64,000 nt of DNA, from contig JAFGRC010000104.1 in the NCBI GenBank assembly GCA_016935355.1, positions 22,874 to 86,873 of the forward strand, read 5' to 3'. The first letter of the stretch is position 1. Each line of letters starts with the position of its first letter. The DNA is from Bacteroidales bacterium. Lineage in GTDB: Bacteria > Bacteroidota > Bacteroidia > Bacteroidales > UBA10428. Below, one piece after another: positions 8,564-17,926 of this stretch. Both the position numbers and the translations under genes were made by a program. A model generated the notes under the pieces. It worked only from the letters and a program-made list of their open reading frames with translations, was not told the origin of the DNA and did no database searches.

Positions 8564-10356
8564 TGGATAATCTCAGCTATGGCCTTATCGGTAACTGCAA
8601 AAGCGCAGCTTTGATATCGCTGGATGGATCCATTGACTGGTGTTGTCTGCCTGAGTTTGATTCACCCTCGGTTTTTGCCCGGATCCTGGATGATAAGATC
8701 GGAGGATCCATGCAAATCATTTTGAATGAACGGTACAAGACTTTTCAAAGCTATCTGAAAAACACAAACATCTTGTCCACTCTTTTTACAGACGGAAGCA
8801 ATTCCTTTGAGGTCCTTGATTTCATGCCAAGATATAAAACAGAATACGACAGGTATTTTACACCTCCGGAAATATACCGGTATATCAGGGTTGTTTCGGG
8901 AGCACCCGTGGTCAGGTTTATATACGACCCAAAGCTCAATTATGCTGCAGGGGAAACCCGTCATATACTTAAAAACAATTGCATCAAAAGCTATGTTTCA
9001 GGTTCAAGATATGAATCCGTTTATCTGTACGCCTCATTTCCCTTGAAGGATATTATGGAATCAAATGAAATTGTTTTAAATAATTCCAGCTACATCCTGA
9101 TCTCGTATAATGAGAAGCTTATCGATTTAGATCTGAGCCGTGTTTACCTTGAATACCAAAGAACCAAGGTCTACTGGCTGAACTGGATAAACCGTTCCCG
9201 CGACTATCCTCTATACAATGATCTGATATCCAGAAGTCTGCTGGTATTAAAGCTCCTCTCGTATCAGAATTCCGGTGCAATTTTGGCCGCACCCACGACT
9301 TCATTGCCGGAAACCATTGGAGAAGGCAGGAACTGGGATTACCGTTTCTGCTGGTTGAGGGATGCATCACTAACCCTGAATACGCTTGTCGGGCTGGGTC
9401 ATTTTTCTGCAGCACGCCGTTATATGACCTATCTTAAGAATATTATCAAGTCAAAAGATGAAAGCTTTCAGATCATGTACGGCATCCGCGGTGAAAGGAT
9501 TCTTGAGGAGATGATACTCGGGCATCTTTCGGGTTATGGGAATTCCGGACCGGTACGTATTGGAAATGCAGCATATCTTCAGATTCAGAATGATATTTAC
9601 GGTTTTTTACTCGATTTAATCCTGCTATACTACCAGTATTTTGCCGGGACACTGGATGAAACTGAAGACATATGGTCGATTGCACGCAGTCTGGTCCGGA
9701 CCGTTTCCAGGGTATGGAGAAATCCTGATCACGGCATCTGGGAAATCCGGCAGGAACCCAGACACTATGTCTTTTCAAAAGTCCAGTGCTGGGTTGCAGT
9801 TGACCGTGGCATAAAAATCGCCCGGATGCTTCACCGTGCGGAATACATTGAGGAATGGGAGAAGATCGCTAACCAGATCAGGTATGACATTATGAGCAAG
9901 GGATGGAGCGGTACAAAGCAATCCTTTGTACAGGTTTACGGCGGGGAGGATCTGGACGCTTCCCTGTTACTGATGGAAGACAGCGGCTTTTTAAAGGCAG
10001 ACGATGAACGGTATGTCAGTACGGTCATTGCTGTTAAAAAGGAGTTGCTGAGAGACGGACTGATGTACCGGTATAAAAACCCCGACGGTTTGGGGATACC
10101 AAGTTCTTCATTCACAACATGCACTTTCTGGCTGGTCAGCAGTCTTTATAAAATCGGAATGAAGGATGAAGCAAAGCAGATCTTTGAAGAGTCAGTATCC
10201 TGTGCAAATCATCTGGGCCTTTTAAGCGAGGACATCGATTTCAGTTCCAGGAGACTTCTCGGAAATTTTCCGCAGGGTTATTCTCACATCGCACTGATAC
10301 AATCAGCGATCCTGTTCTCAAATGAAATCACAAAACCGGAATTTATAAAACCATAA
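8563..10356 (+). CDS. glycoside hydrolase family 15 protein (glucoamylase/trehalase-type)
   Basis: 597-aa ORF with an N-terminal beta-sandwich (YGLIGNCKSAALISLDGSIDWCCLPEFDSPSVFA) and a catalytic (alpha/alpha)6 region (NWDYRFCWLRDASLTL, GIWEIR, ...LLSEDID). Its ATG shares one base with the otsA-fusion stop (TAATG). Confidence 0.85.
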   Translation: MDNLSYGLIGNCKSAALISLDGSIDWCCLPEFDSPSVFARILDDKIGGSMQIILNERYKTFQSYLKNTNILSTLFTDGSNSFEVLDFMPRYKTEYDRYFTPPEIYRYIRVVSGAPVVRFIYDPKLNYAAGETRHILKNNCIKSYVSGSRYESVYLYASFPLKDIMESNEIVLNNSSYILISYNEKLIDLDLSRVYLEYQRTKVYWLNWINRSRDYPLYNDLISRSLLVLKLLSYQNSGAILAAPTTSLPETIGEGRNWDYRFCWLRDASLTLNTLVGLGHFSAARRYMTYLKNIIKSKDESFQIMYGIRGERILEEMILGHLSGYGNSGPVRIGNAAYLQIQNDIYGFLLDLILLYYQYFAGTLDETEDIWSIARSLVRTVSRVWRNPDHGIWEIRQEPRHYVFSKVQCWVAVDRGIKIARMLHRAEYIEEWEKIANQIRYDIMSKGWSGTKQSFVQVYGGEDLDASLLLMEDSGFLKADDERYVSTVIAVKKELLRDGLMYRYKNPDGLGIPSSSFTTCTFWLVSSLYKIGMKDEAKQIFEESVSCANHLGLLSEDIDFSSRRLLGNFPQGYSHIALIQSAILFSNEITKPEFIKP

Positions 10357-10436
10357 AGGTAAACCATTGTTGAATTGTTGCAATGCTCTGACACGGGTAC
10401 GGCCGTGAACCATTAGCCGGCCGGTCTCGCGATGAA

Positions 10437-11351
10437 TCAGGCTTCCTGCTCTTTCTTGTGCATTGCCCTGCAAAAGAGGGTGAGTTTGTATATGCTGAAG
10501 AGGAAAAGACTTGGGTTACTGCCTGACATGTTACGGTACAAAGCATTGGAAAAACCGTCAAAAAGCGTCAGGAATATTTTGGCCAGTCCGTATTTCTTCA
10601 GGAAAGCGTAATATCTCAAAATCCTTATGTCATCATAGTATTTTCTGTCAATTTTACCGGACTTGACCAGTTTTACCAGATTCTCAATACTTTCACCCAT
10701 CTTGATCAAAAACTCCCCCGTGGGTTCAACCCCGATATGGATCAATGGATTTTGAATATGATAAATGGGAATGTTTCTTTTTTTCAGTTCCAGACCAAAC
10801 AATGTATCTTCATGACCATATTTTACAATGCTTTCATCAAATTGAATCTGTAACAAAATTGACTTCGAGATCATGAAATTGTTTGTCATAAAAGACCTGT
10901 ACGGGTGTTTAGCCCTTATATGGGCGGGAATCTGTTCATGGCTTAATCCATAGAGCCATCTCAGAAAATATTCAGGTTCCTCAGGTTGCTCAGACCTGTA
11001 TGCCCTTCCGCCGCATACGACAGCTTCATGGCCGACATAGGGTAAATATCTGTCAATATATTGATCATCCGGCACTTCAGAATCACAATCCATGAAAAGA
11101 AGGGAGGAATATTGTGCCATGTCGGCAAGCCTGTTCCGGATACGGGCCCTTCCGATGTTCTTTTCCAGTTCAATGAAGCGGACATGCTTCAACTTGCGCA
11201 CACCTTTGTTCTGGTCGCGCAGCAATTCCGATGAGCAATCATCCAGTACAATAATTTCATACGAAACCGAAGCTTTTAGCGCCTGTTTGTGAAGCTCAGT
11301 AACCAGTGATACGATATTGAAATTATAAACGGGAATAAGAATCGACAGCAT
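10437..11351 (-). CDS. family 2 glycosyltransferase
   Basis: 304-aa ORF. LSILIPVYNFN...IIVLDDCS...FMDCDS are the GT2 motifs. It is the last gene of the co-directional string that starts at the B12 riboswitch. Confidence 0.8.
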   Translation of the reverse strand: MLSILIPVYNFNIVSLVTELHKQALKASVSYEIIVLDDCSSELLRDQNKGVRKLKHVRFIELEKNIGRARIRNRLADMAQYSSLLFMDCDSEVPDDQYIDRYLPYVGHEAVVCGGRAYRSEQPEEPEYFLRWLYGLSHEQIPAHIRAKHPYRSFMTNNFMISKSILLQIQFDESIVKYGHEDTLFGLELKKRNIPIYHIQNPLIHIGVEPTGEFLIKMGESIENLVKLVKSGKIDRKYYDDIRILRYYAFLKKYGLAKIFLTLFDGFSNALYRNMSGSNPSLFLFSIYKLTLFCRAMHKKEQEA

Positions 11352-11387
11352 TGTTTATTTGGTTTCCGTCAACAATAGCAATCAAAG

Positions 11388-11597
11388 TTAATCCTTTCTT
11401 TCCGAATCCCTCATAAAAACGGTATATATGAACAGAATTACGGCTGAAGCCGCAAATATGACGATCAGGGATAAAATTGCATTCATCATAACATTTCTCA
11501 AATCAATGATATCCCAGATACCCAGTATTGCAACAATGGTAAATACCAGAACCAGTGCAATCAAGATATATGACACTATTGTTTTCATTGTTTCCAT
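11388..11597 (-). CDS. small two-helix membrane protein (hypothetical)
   Basis: 69-aa ORF with two clear hydrophobic helices. It starts 6 nt after the ABC ATPase stop on the same strand. Confidence 0.45.
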   Translation of the reverse strand: METMKTIVSYILIALVLVFTIVAILGIWDIIDLRNVMMNAILSLIVIFAASAVILFIYTVFMRDSERKD

Positions 11598-11603
11598 CAG
11601 TTT

Positions 11604-12629
11604 TTATTTACAATTATACTTTAAATAATATGTCAGTTCATATATTGATTTAAATTTCCGGGTTTCAATTCCTGCCTCTAAAATCCAGATGATTCCACTG
11701 CCTTCTGAAACAACTTCAACCCTGATCATATCCTCATTTGTGCCATTCACCTGAAAACCTATTCTTTTTAGAGCTTTCTCCGTATAAAATACATATTCTT
11801 CCGGCCCCTGCAGTCCGATTGTTTTATGGATTTCCTTTTTTAATCTGAAACCATCCGACTGCTGATCATATTCAAGAGGCGAATTCAGGAACAATTTATG
11901 AAATTGTTGTCTAAAAAGCAAGTCTTCCGGTGCTCCTTCAGCAATACCTTCATTCAGCATCAGCCATATGATATCTGCTTCATGCATGGCAATATCGAGA
12001 TCGTGTGTTGAAAACAGAATCGTTTTCCCTGCCTGACCTGAAAGTTCATTCATCAGTCTGAGTATTTCATACCGGGATGGCAGATCGAGAAATGCAGTAG
12101 GTTCATCCATTATGATTACGGGTGTATCCTGTGCAAGTGCTCTGGCGATCATGACCTTTTGTCTTTCACCATCACTGAGCTGATATATAAATTTTGCAGT
12201 CAGATGCCTGATTTGTGCCATATCAATGGCAGACTGTATACTTGAGTGGTCAAAATGTTCCAGCTTTCCCAGCCAGTTTGTATACGGAGATCTTCCCAGG
12301 GAAACCATCTCATATACCTGCAGATTTTGTACACCGACAATTTCAGTTGATACAAAGCTTATGATTTTAGCCAGTTCCGCTCTGTTATAACTGAAGTCAT
12401 CCTTTCCCAGCAAGAGTATATTTCCTCCCACAGGATTTTGCAGCCTTGTTATGGTACGCAACAAGGAACTTTTGCCAATTCCGTTCCGGCCAATCAACGC
12501 AATCAGGTCACCTGAATGGATGCTCAGGTTTATGGGACCATAGGTAAATGCATTTTGTACACCCCGGGTCCGGTACCCGATCATCAGGTCTTTGAGATCA
12601 ATGATAATATTCTGTTTCTGATGGTCCAT
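11604..12629 (-). CDS. btuD: ABC transporter ATP-binding protein (FecE/BtuD type) with a ~85-aa C-terminal extension
   Basis: 341-aa ORF with Walker A GRNGIGKSS, signature LSDGERQ and Walker B IIMDEPT. The symbol is given from riboswitch-locus context only. Confidence 0.85.
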   Translation of the reverse strand: MDHQKQNIIIDLKDLMIGYRTRGVQNAFTYGPINLSIHSGDLIALIGRNGIGKSSLLRTITRLQNPVGGNILLLGKDDFSYNRAELAKIISFVSTEIVGVQNLQVYEMVSLGRSPYTNWLGKLEHFDHSSIQSAIDMAQIRHLTAKFIYQLSDGERQKVMIARALAQDTPVIIMDEPTAFLDLPSRYEILRLMNELSGQAGKTILFSTHDLDIAMHEADIIWLMLNEGIAEGAPEDLLFRQQFHKLFLNSPLEYDQQSDGFRLKKEIHKTIGLQGPEEYVFYTEKALKRIGFQVNGTNEDMIRVEVVSEGSGIIWILEAGIETRKFKSIYELTYYLKYNCK

Positions 12630-12647
12630 TTCATATTGGTCTGATGC

Positions 12648-13709
12648 TCAAGATACACTGACCAGTCTCTGGTTTTTGACAATGATCCATATCACTATGG
12701 GAATACCCAGCAGTGCAGTAACTGCATTCACAGGAAGGTGGGTGTCCTGTGGCGGCATTTGCGAAATCAGATCACTGATGAGCAACATGATTGCACCCAG
12801 TATGATACAGCCTGGAAAAAGTACTTTATGATCAGCACTCCGGAACAAAAGCCTTGCCAGATGAGGGATAGCAATCCCAACAAATCCTATCGGTCCGCAA
12901 AATGCGGTTACGCTGCCTGTCAGGATACTGGTCGACAAAAAGATCAGGATCCTTGATGATTTCAGGTTCAATCCCACACTCCGGGCATATGTCTCACCGG
13001 TCAGCAATACATTCATGCGTTTTAAGGAAAGTACTGAAACCGCAAATCCTGCGGCAATGCTGATCAGCAATACGTTGAGCTGCATTCCTGTCAGGCTGCC
13101 GAAGTTTCCCATGGTCCATATGACATAGGTCTTCAGCATGGTTTGCTCGCTGAAATACTGTAAAATGCTTACAACAGCTGATACTGCACTTCCGAAAAGT
13201 ATTCCGAGGATCAGTATGGTCATGATATCACGCACGCGCAATGAGACCGCCATCACAAGTAACAATACTACAGCTGAGCCGGTCCATGCAGCCACGATTT
13301 GAATCCAGCCGCTGATGTAAAGCATCTCACCACCGGAAAAGAATCTGTCGAATCCGAGAACTACCAGCGCAACGCCCAGACCGGCACCGGAACTGATCCC
13401 GAGCACGTCGGGTCCGGCAAGCGGGTTCCGGAATATAGTCTGCATCTGCAATCCGCTTACAGCAAGCGCAGAACCTGCAATCATTGCTGTAAGAGCTTTG
13501 GGGATCCTGAAATCAAACAAAACCTGTTTCCAGATCGGGTCAACAGATCCAGGATAAAAAAGTGTGACGAAAACCTGTTTGAACGGAATCTTTACCGGAC
13601 CTGTAATCAGGTCGAGCGCAAACAGGAAAAACGCAACAGCCAGCAGCAGAAAAATCAGGAATGATTTGTGGATGCCTGTGTCGTGATGAATCGGTTTCAT
13701 GCTGTCCAT
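12648..13709 (-). CDS. btuC: FecCD/BtuC-family ABC permease
   Basis: 353-aa polytopic ORF with the typical FecCD pattern (LAGPDVLGISSGAGLG ... GPIGFVGIAIPHLAR). Confidence 0.9.
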   Translation of the reverse strand: MDSMKPIHHDTGIHKSFLIFLLLAVAFFLFALDLITGPVKIPFKQVFVTLFYPGSVDPIWKQVLFDFRIPKALTAMIAGSALAVSGLQMQTIFRNPLAGPDVLGISSGAGLGVALVVLGFDRFFSGGEMLYISGWIQIVAAWTGSAVVLLLVMAVSLRVRDIMTILILGILFGSAVSAVVSILQYFSEQTMLKTYVIWTMGNFGSLTGMQLNVLLISIAAGFAVSVLSLKRMNVLLTGETYARSVGLNLKSSRILIFLSTSILTGSVTAFCGPIGFVGIAIPHLARLLFRSADHKVLFPGCIILGAIMLLISDLISQMPPQDTHLPVNAVTALLGIPIVIWIIVKNQRLVSVS

Positions 13710-13716
13710 TCGCGGT

Positions 13717-14865
13717 CTACTGCAGTTTCTGGTAATACTTTAACTCATGTGAAGGTAACAATTGTGGGTGTAAAATGGATATAAGATCTGCAAGAATAAT
13801 ATGAGGTTCCACAACACCTGATTCAAAATAGTCATTTCCGCCGGCATCGTTCAGCAACCTGTTATTGTTATAAATCGCATTTCCTGTAAAAGCGGGCAGG
13901 TTTTTGAACCGCTCATCAGAGCTGATAATTTCAGCCTTTGAACGTGCATCTCCGGTATTTAGCCAGAATTCAGCCGTCAGTGCATTCTGGTATACTTTTT
14001 CAAGCTCAACGGGTTTACTGTCCTTATAATCCAGGGTTTTCCATACATAATTACCTCCTGCATCCGCGACAAGTTTAGCAACATAACTCTCTCCGCCTGA
14101 AACATACCAGGTGCCCCTCCACGGTAATCCCAGAATTACTTCAGGTTTGAGGCTTACTTGTGATGCAAGCTCCGCAAGTCTGTTGTATTCATGCGCAACC
14201 GAATCAAAGCGGACATCCGCTTCCGTTCCCATACCATAAAATGCTGCAAAGAACTTGATCCATTCCATTTTAGCCAACGGATGCTGTTCGAGATATTCCG
14301 CAACAAGCACCACCGGTATATTCAGTTCATTCAGTTTGTTTATGATCCTGGTGACCGAACCTGTTACTCCATATGCAAAGACGATATCAGGATCGAGCTG
14401 CAGCAACAACTCATAATTTATATTCTCATCATACCCCACATCTGATATTTCATGATCTGCAATCCTTTCCCTCAAATGCCGGCTCACAATAAAGTCCTTT
14501 CCGGATATGCCGATGATGCTTTCTGTCATTCCCAGATCATCAATAAATCCGATGTGTGTAGTTGAAAGACAAACAACGCGTCTTACAGGAACCTTTATGA
14601 GGCTTTCCCTGTTACTGCTTATGACCGATGATTCAACCGAACTGGTTAAAACGTAGGAATATGTCGTCTGCTGTGCATTCTGCCAGGGATTGGTCACATT
14701 GATCACCACCCGGTCCCCATGCTCTTCAAGGACAAAGCCGCTTGCATATTTGATCCGCCCGGAGGATGCACCGCGACTGGTATTTGCTTTTGCTGTTTCA
14801 GATTTCCTGCCATTACAGCCTGATAAGATAAAAAATATGACCAGGCTCATGTACCAGCACCTCAT
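13717..14865 (-). CDS. btuF: periplasmic-binding (BtuF/FhuD class) ABC substrate-binding lipoprotein
   Basis: 382-aa ORF with lipoprotein signal MSLVIFFILSGC. The body (RVVCLSTTHIGFIDDLG...PDIVF...) fits class III SBPs. The ATG at 14865 overlaps the upstream stop (ATGA). The alternative ATG at 14850 leaves an 11-nt gap. Confidence 0.85.
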   Translation of the reverse strand: MRCWYMSLVIFFILSGCNGRKSETAKANTSRGASSGRIKYASGFVLEEHGDRVVINVTNPWQNAQQTTYSYVLTSSVESSVISSNRESLIKVPVRRVVCLSTTHIGFIDDLGMTESIIGISGKDFIVSRHLRERIADHEISDVGYDENINYELLLQLDPDIVFAYGVTGSVTRIINKLNELNIPVVLVAEYLEQHPLAKMEWIKFFAAFYGMGTEADVRFDSVAHEYNRLAELASQVSLKPEVILGLPWRGTWYVSGGESYVAKLVADAGGNYVWKTLDYKDSKPVELEKVYQNALTAEFWLNTGDARSKAEIISSDERFKNLPAFTGNAIYNNNRLLNDAGGNDYFESGVVEPHIILADLISILHPQLLPSHELKYYQKLQ

Positions 14866-17777
14866 TGCATTACAATTTCTTTTAATTGTTCACCTTCACG
14901 TTGTTTGATCTGTGAATAAAAATACATCCCTGTAATTGGTTTGCCATTCACAGAATATTGCTCACCGCCAAAGGTAAGAAATCTGATTTTTCTGAATTCA
15001 TTTACGACATCATTTCTTATAACAATATAGCGCAAGGTTTCTTTGTATTCTTCACGGTAAATTTCCAGTGTAATTCCATCCGGGTAATTTTTCCTGAGTT
15101 CTTCAAAATAATTGTCTTTTTCCAGTTCGGATGAAAAATCGAGTTTGTCCGGTTCTGTTTTAACCAATGCAGGTGACTGTGCTTCAGTACCGGAGGACTG
15201 CAACCGTGATGATGCTGTTAGAATGCGGTCAATTCCGGCTATCTGTTCTTTTGCATACGCATCACCGGGAATGATCTGAAGGGCTAGATTATAACTGTTT
15301 CTGGCATCCTGATATGCCTTCTTGTTGTACAAATTGTTGGCTGTGTTGATGGTAGCAGCATAGGCATCAGCTCTTTTAGCAGCTTCAGCCTGTTCCTTTT
15401 CCCGTGCCTGTATCAATTCCTCCACATCCTCAAGTCTTTCCCTGGCATAGGTTTCTTCCGGTTTTATGGAAATTGCCCTGACATATTCCTCACGTGAACT
15501 GGCATACTCCTTTGCTTCATAATATTTACCAGCATAGGTCAGAGCCGTTTGATATGCATTTTCCACTGCCTGTCTCTCCTGCAGCAATTGATCCTGTTCC
15601 GCGATGATCCGGTTTATTTCCTCTATTTTCTGACGTGGGTATGGTTCAGCTGGAATGAACCGCAAAGCGCCTTCATAAGCCAGCTTTGCACCGAAGTAGT
15701 CTTTCTCTTCAAACATATAGTCGCCCCTCGTTACGGCCTCATCAAATTTATGCTTCTTTTCCCTTTCGGCGATCAGACGTTCGGCTTCAGAGGAGACCAC
15801 CTGTTCAATTTCATGCAATTTCTGTGTTGCCGAAACATCATCAGGCCGGATGGCAAGTGCCTGCCGGAAAGCGGTACCGGCTTCCTCATAGTTTTTTTGT
15901 GTAAGCGCTTCAACACCTGCTGTCATTGCTGCTGAATATGCCAGCTTCTGCTCCAGCTGCCTTGCAGCTTTCTCAGCCAGCAGAATTTCTTCAATCTGTT
16001 TCAGCATTTTTTGCGCATATGCATCTCCGGATTTTATCTGCATGGCTTTCTGATACTGTTTCCGGGCACCATCGAATTCTTTTCCTTCCAGATGCTGATC
16101 AGCAGCTGCAATGGCATCTTTGTACTGCTCATCCTGAAGTTGCCTTATTTGCTGATTGTTTACCTGTTCTGCAATAAGGAAATCCGTTTCAGTAAGCTTA
16201 TTCAACGCGTATGGATCATCCGGTTTGTATTCCAGGGCTTTTTGAAGTGAAATCCTGGCCTGTTCATAATTTTTTTGTGACAATGCAGCATTTGCAGCGG
16301 TGATAGCAGTTTTATATTCCTCTTCCAAAGCATTCAGCCGGGCAGCTTGTTCTGCAATCACGGTATTTTCAATAGCATTGATCCTTTGCCTCGGGAATGA
16401 TTCTGAAGGTTTCACTTCAAGAGCTTTTGCATAGGCAGCTTTTGCTCCTTCATAGTCTTTCGCCTGAAAAAACTTATCCGCCTCGGTAAGAACCGACTGA
16501 TATTCTTTCTCCAGTGCAGTCTTTTTCGCATTTTCCTCAGCACGGGCGTGAGCTTCAATAGTTCTGTCAATTTCGGTCATTTTTGTCTTTGGATAAGCTT
16601 CCGCAGGCTTGATGGTCAGTGCATAAGCATACTTCTCTTTTGCTGCATTATATTGCCCGTTTTTCGTCAGTGCTTCTGCTTCAGCAATTGCACTCCTGTA
16701 TGCACCATCAGTTTCCTTTATTCTTGCTTCTTCAGCCGCTTTCTTTTCCAGTATTTCATGAATTTCTTCAAGTCTCATTTTCGGCAAGACTTCTGAAGGT
16801 TTAATGTCAGCCGCAGTCTGATAATACTCCTGTGCCATCCCATAATCCATCTTTGTATAAGCCGTGCCTGCTTTTGCCAGAGCCAGGTTATAGGCATCTT
16901 CCCTGGCACGCTGTTCTTTGAACTCAGTCTGTTGCCTGGAATAAGCTTCCTGAGCTTCTGTGATTTTTTGTTTCGGGTAGGCCTCCCCGGGTTTCATGGC
17001 AGATGCTTCCTTATACCTGGCAAGTGCTTCACTGAAATTTTGTTTTTCAAATAAGGCATCAGCCTGAGCAATCGCATGATCAAACGCTTCCCCGGTTTTC
17101 CTTTCGTTTGCGATCAGTGCTTCAATCTCTGCGATACGCCTTCCCGGTACTTTTTCATCCGGATAAATTTCCAGCGCAGCCTTATATCCTGAAATTGCTT
17201 CCTGATAATTCTTCCGGACATAAGACTGATCGGCATTTCTTAAGGCAGCATCATACTTGTCCAGCATGCAGGTTTCATAATCCATCAGAACATTTTCAAT
17301 TTCAGGTCTCATCCTCGACACATATTCCTTATTGGACACAAATTCCCGTCTTCTGGTATCAAATTCCACAATATCCACAGGTTCATCCAGAATGCTGTAA
17401 TCTACACCATCGCAAAATTTAACGAGCCCAATTGAAAACTCATTTGTCCATATCCCTTTTTCTTCATCCGGCATAGTGGTGTTGAAACTGATCCTTTTAC
17501 TCACCAGCCCTTCTTTCGATATCTCAATGGTATATTGCCTGTTCACTTCAAGCCTGAAAGAAAAAGTCCCGTTTGCACCGGTCCTGACAGAACTCACACG
17601 GACATTTCCTTCATATAGGGTTGCGGTTGCGCCCGGAAGTGCTTCCATGTCAAGTTCAGATATACCCCGCACATTAAGGTAGGTGGAGGATGAACCATCC
17701 TGAGCATTTACGTTCATGAACACCAGCGTTAAAAGGAGCAACAATGCAGTCCTGTATTTCAACATTGTGAATAACAT
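14862..17777 (-). CDS. secreted repeat protein: CarboxypepD_reg-like N-domain, 11 TPR-like/coiled-coil repeats, ~110-aa C-terminal domain
   Basis: The track ORF runs to 17876, but the signal peptide (MLKYRTALLLLLTLVFMNVNAQ) begins at the ATG at 17765 or 17777. Residues ~224-893 contain 11 units, each 57-66 aa for the four spacings I counted, with the pattern Y..A...Y..AL.[IV]KP.E.YP...I.EI. Confidence 0.75.
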   Translation of the reverse strand: MLFTMLKYRTALLLLLTLVFMNVNAQDGSSSTYLNVRGISELDMEALPGATATLYEGNVRVSSVRTGANGTFSFRLEVNRQYTIEISKEGLVSKRISFNTTMPDEEKGIWTNEFSIGLVKFCDGVDYSILDEPVDIVEFDTRRREFVSNKEYVSRMRPEIENVLMDYETCMLDKYDAALRNADQSYVRKNYQEAISGYKAALEIYPDEKVPGRRIAEIEALIANERKTGEAFDHAIAQADALFEKQNFSEALARYKEASAMKPGEAYPKQKITEAQEAYSRQQTEFKEQRAREDAYNLALAKAGTAYTKMDYGMAQEYYQTAADIKPSEVLPKMRLEEIHEILEKKAAEEARIKETDGAYRSAIAEAEALTKNGQYNAAKEKYAYALTIKPAEAYPKTKMTEIDRTIEAHARAEENAKKTALEKEYQSVLTEADKFFQAKDYEGAKAAYAKALEVKPSESFPRQRINAIENTVIAEQAARLNALEEEYKTAITAANAALSQKNYEQARISLQKALEYKPDDPYALNKLTETDFLIAEQVNNQQIRQLQDEQYKDAIAAADQHLEGKEFDGARKQYQKAMQIKSGDAYAQKMLKQIEEILLAEKAARQLEQKLAYSAAMTAGVEALTQKNYEEAGTAFRQALAIRPDDVSATQKLHEIEQVVSSEAERLIAEREKKHKFDEAVTRGDYMFEEKDYFGAKLAYEGALRFIPAEPYPRQKIEEINRIIAEQDQLLQERQAVENAYQTALTYAGKYYEAKEYASSREEYVRAISIKPEETYARERLEDVEELIQAREKEQAEAAKRADAYAATINTANNLYNKKAYQDARNSYNLALQIIPGDAYAKEQIAGIDRILTASSRLQSSGTEAQSPALVKTEPDKLDFSSELEKDNYFEELRKNYPDGITLEIYREEYKETLRYIVIRNDVVNEFRKIRFLTFGGEQYSVNGKPITGMYFYSQIKQREGEQLKEIVMQ

Positions 17778-17882
17778 TATGATCTCATTACTATACTTGT
17801 TTTTAACCTCAAATGTTACCAATTTGAGCCTGAAAAATCTGAATTCCCTGATGCCTGAAGTGCAGCATTGCATCATTACCGC

Positions 17883-17926
17883 ATCATCGAATCACCGGAT
17901 CAATGGATCATCGAATCACCGGATCA
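17883..17926. repeat. perfect tandem direct repeat, 2 x 20 nt at 24-nt spacing (ATCATCGAATCACCGGATCA)
   Basis: Copies at 17883-17902 and 17907-17926 are identical. The last 3 nt of copy 2 are the complement of the protease stop codon. The element lies in the spacer before the repeat-protein gene. Confidence 0.9.

Noticed and set aside
17778-17876. The N-terminal 33-37 codons of the track ORF for the repeat protein (MMQCCTSGIREFRFF...).
   Set aside because: This stretch precedes a clean signal peptide that starts at internal ATGs (17777 and 17765) and has non-protein-like composition. I treat it as 5' leader rather than coding sequence.
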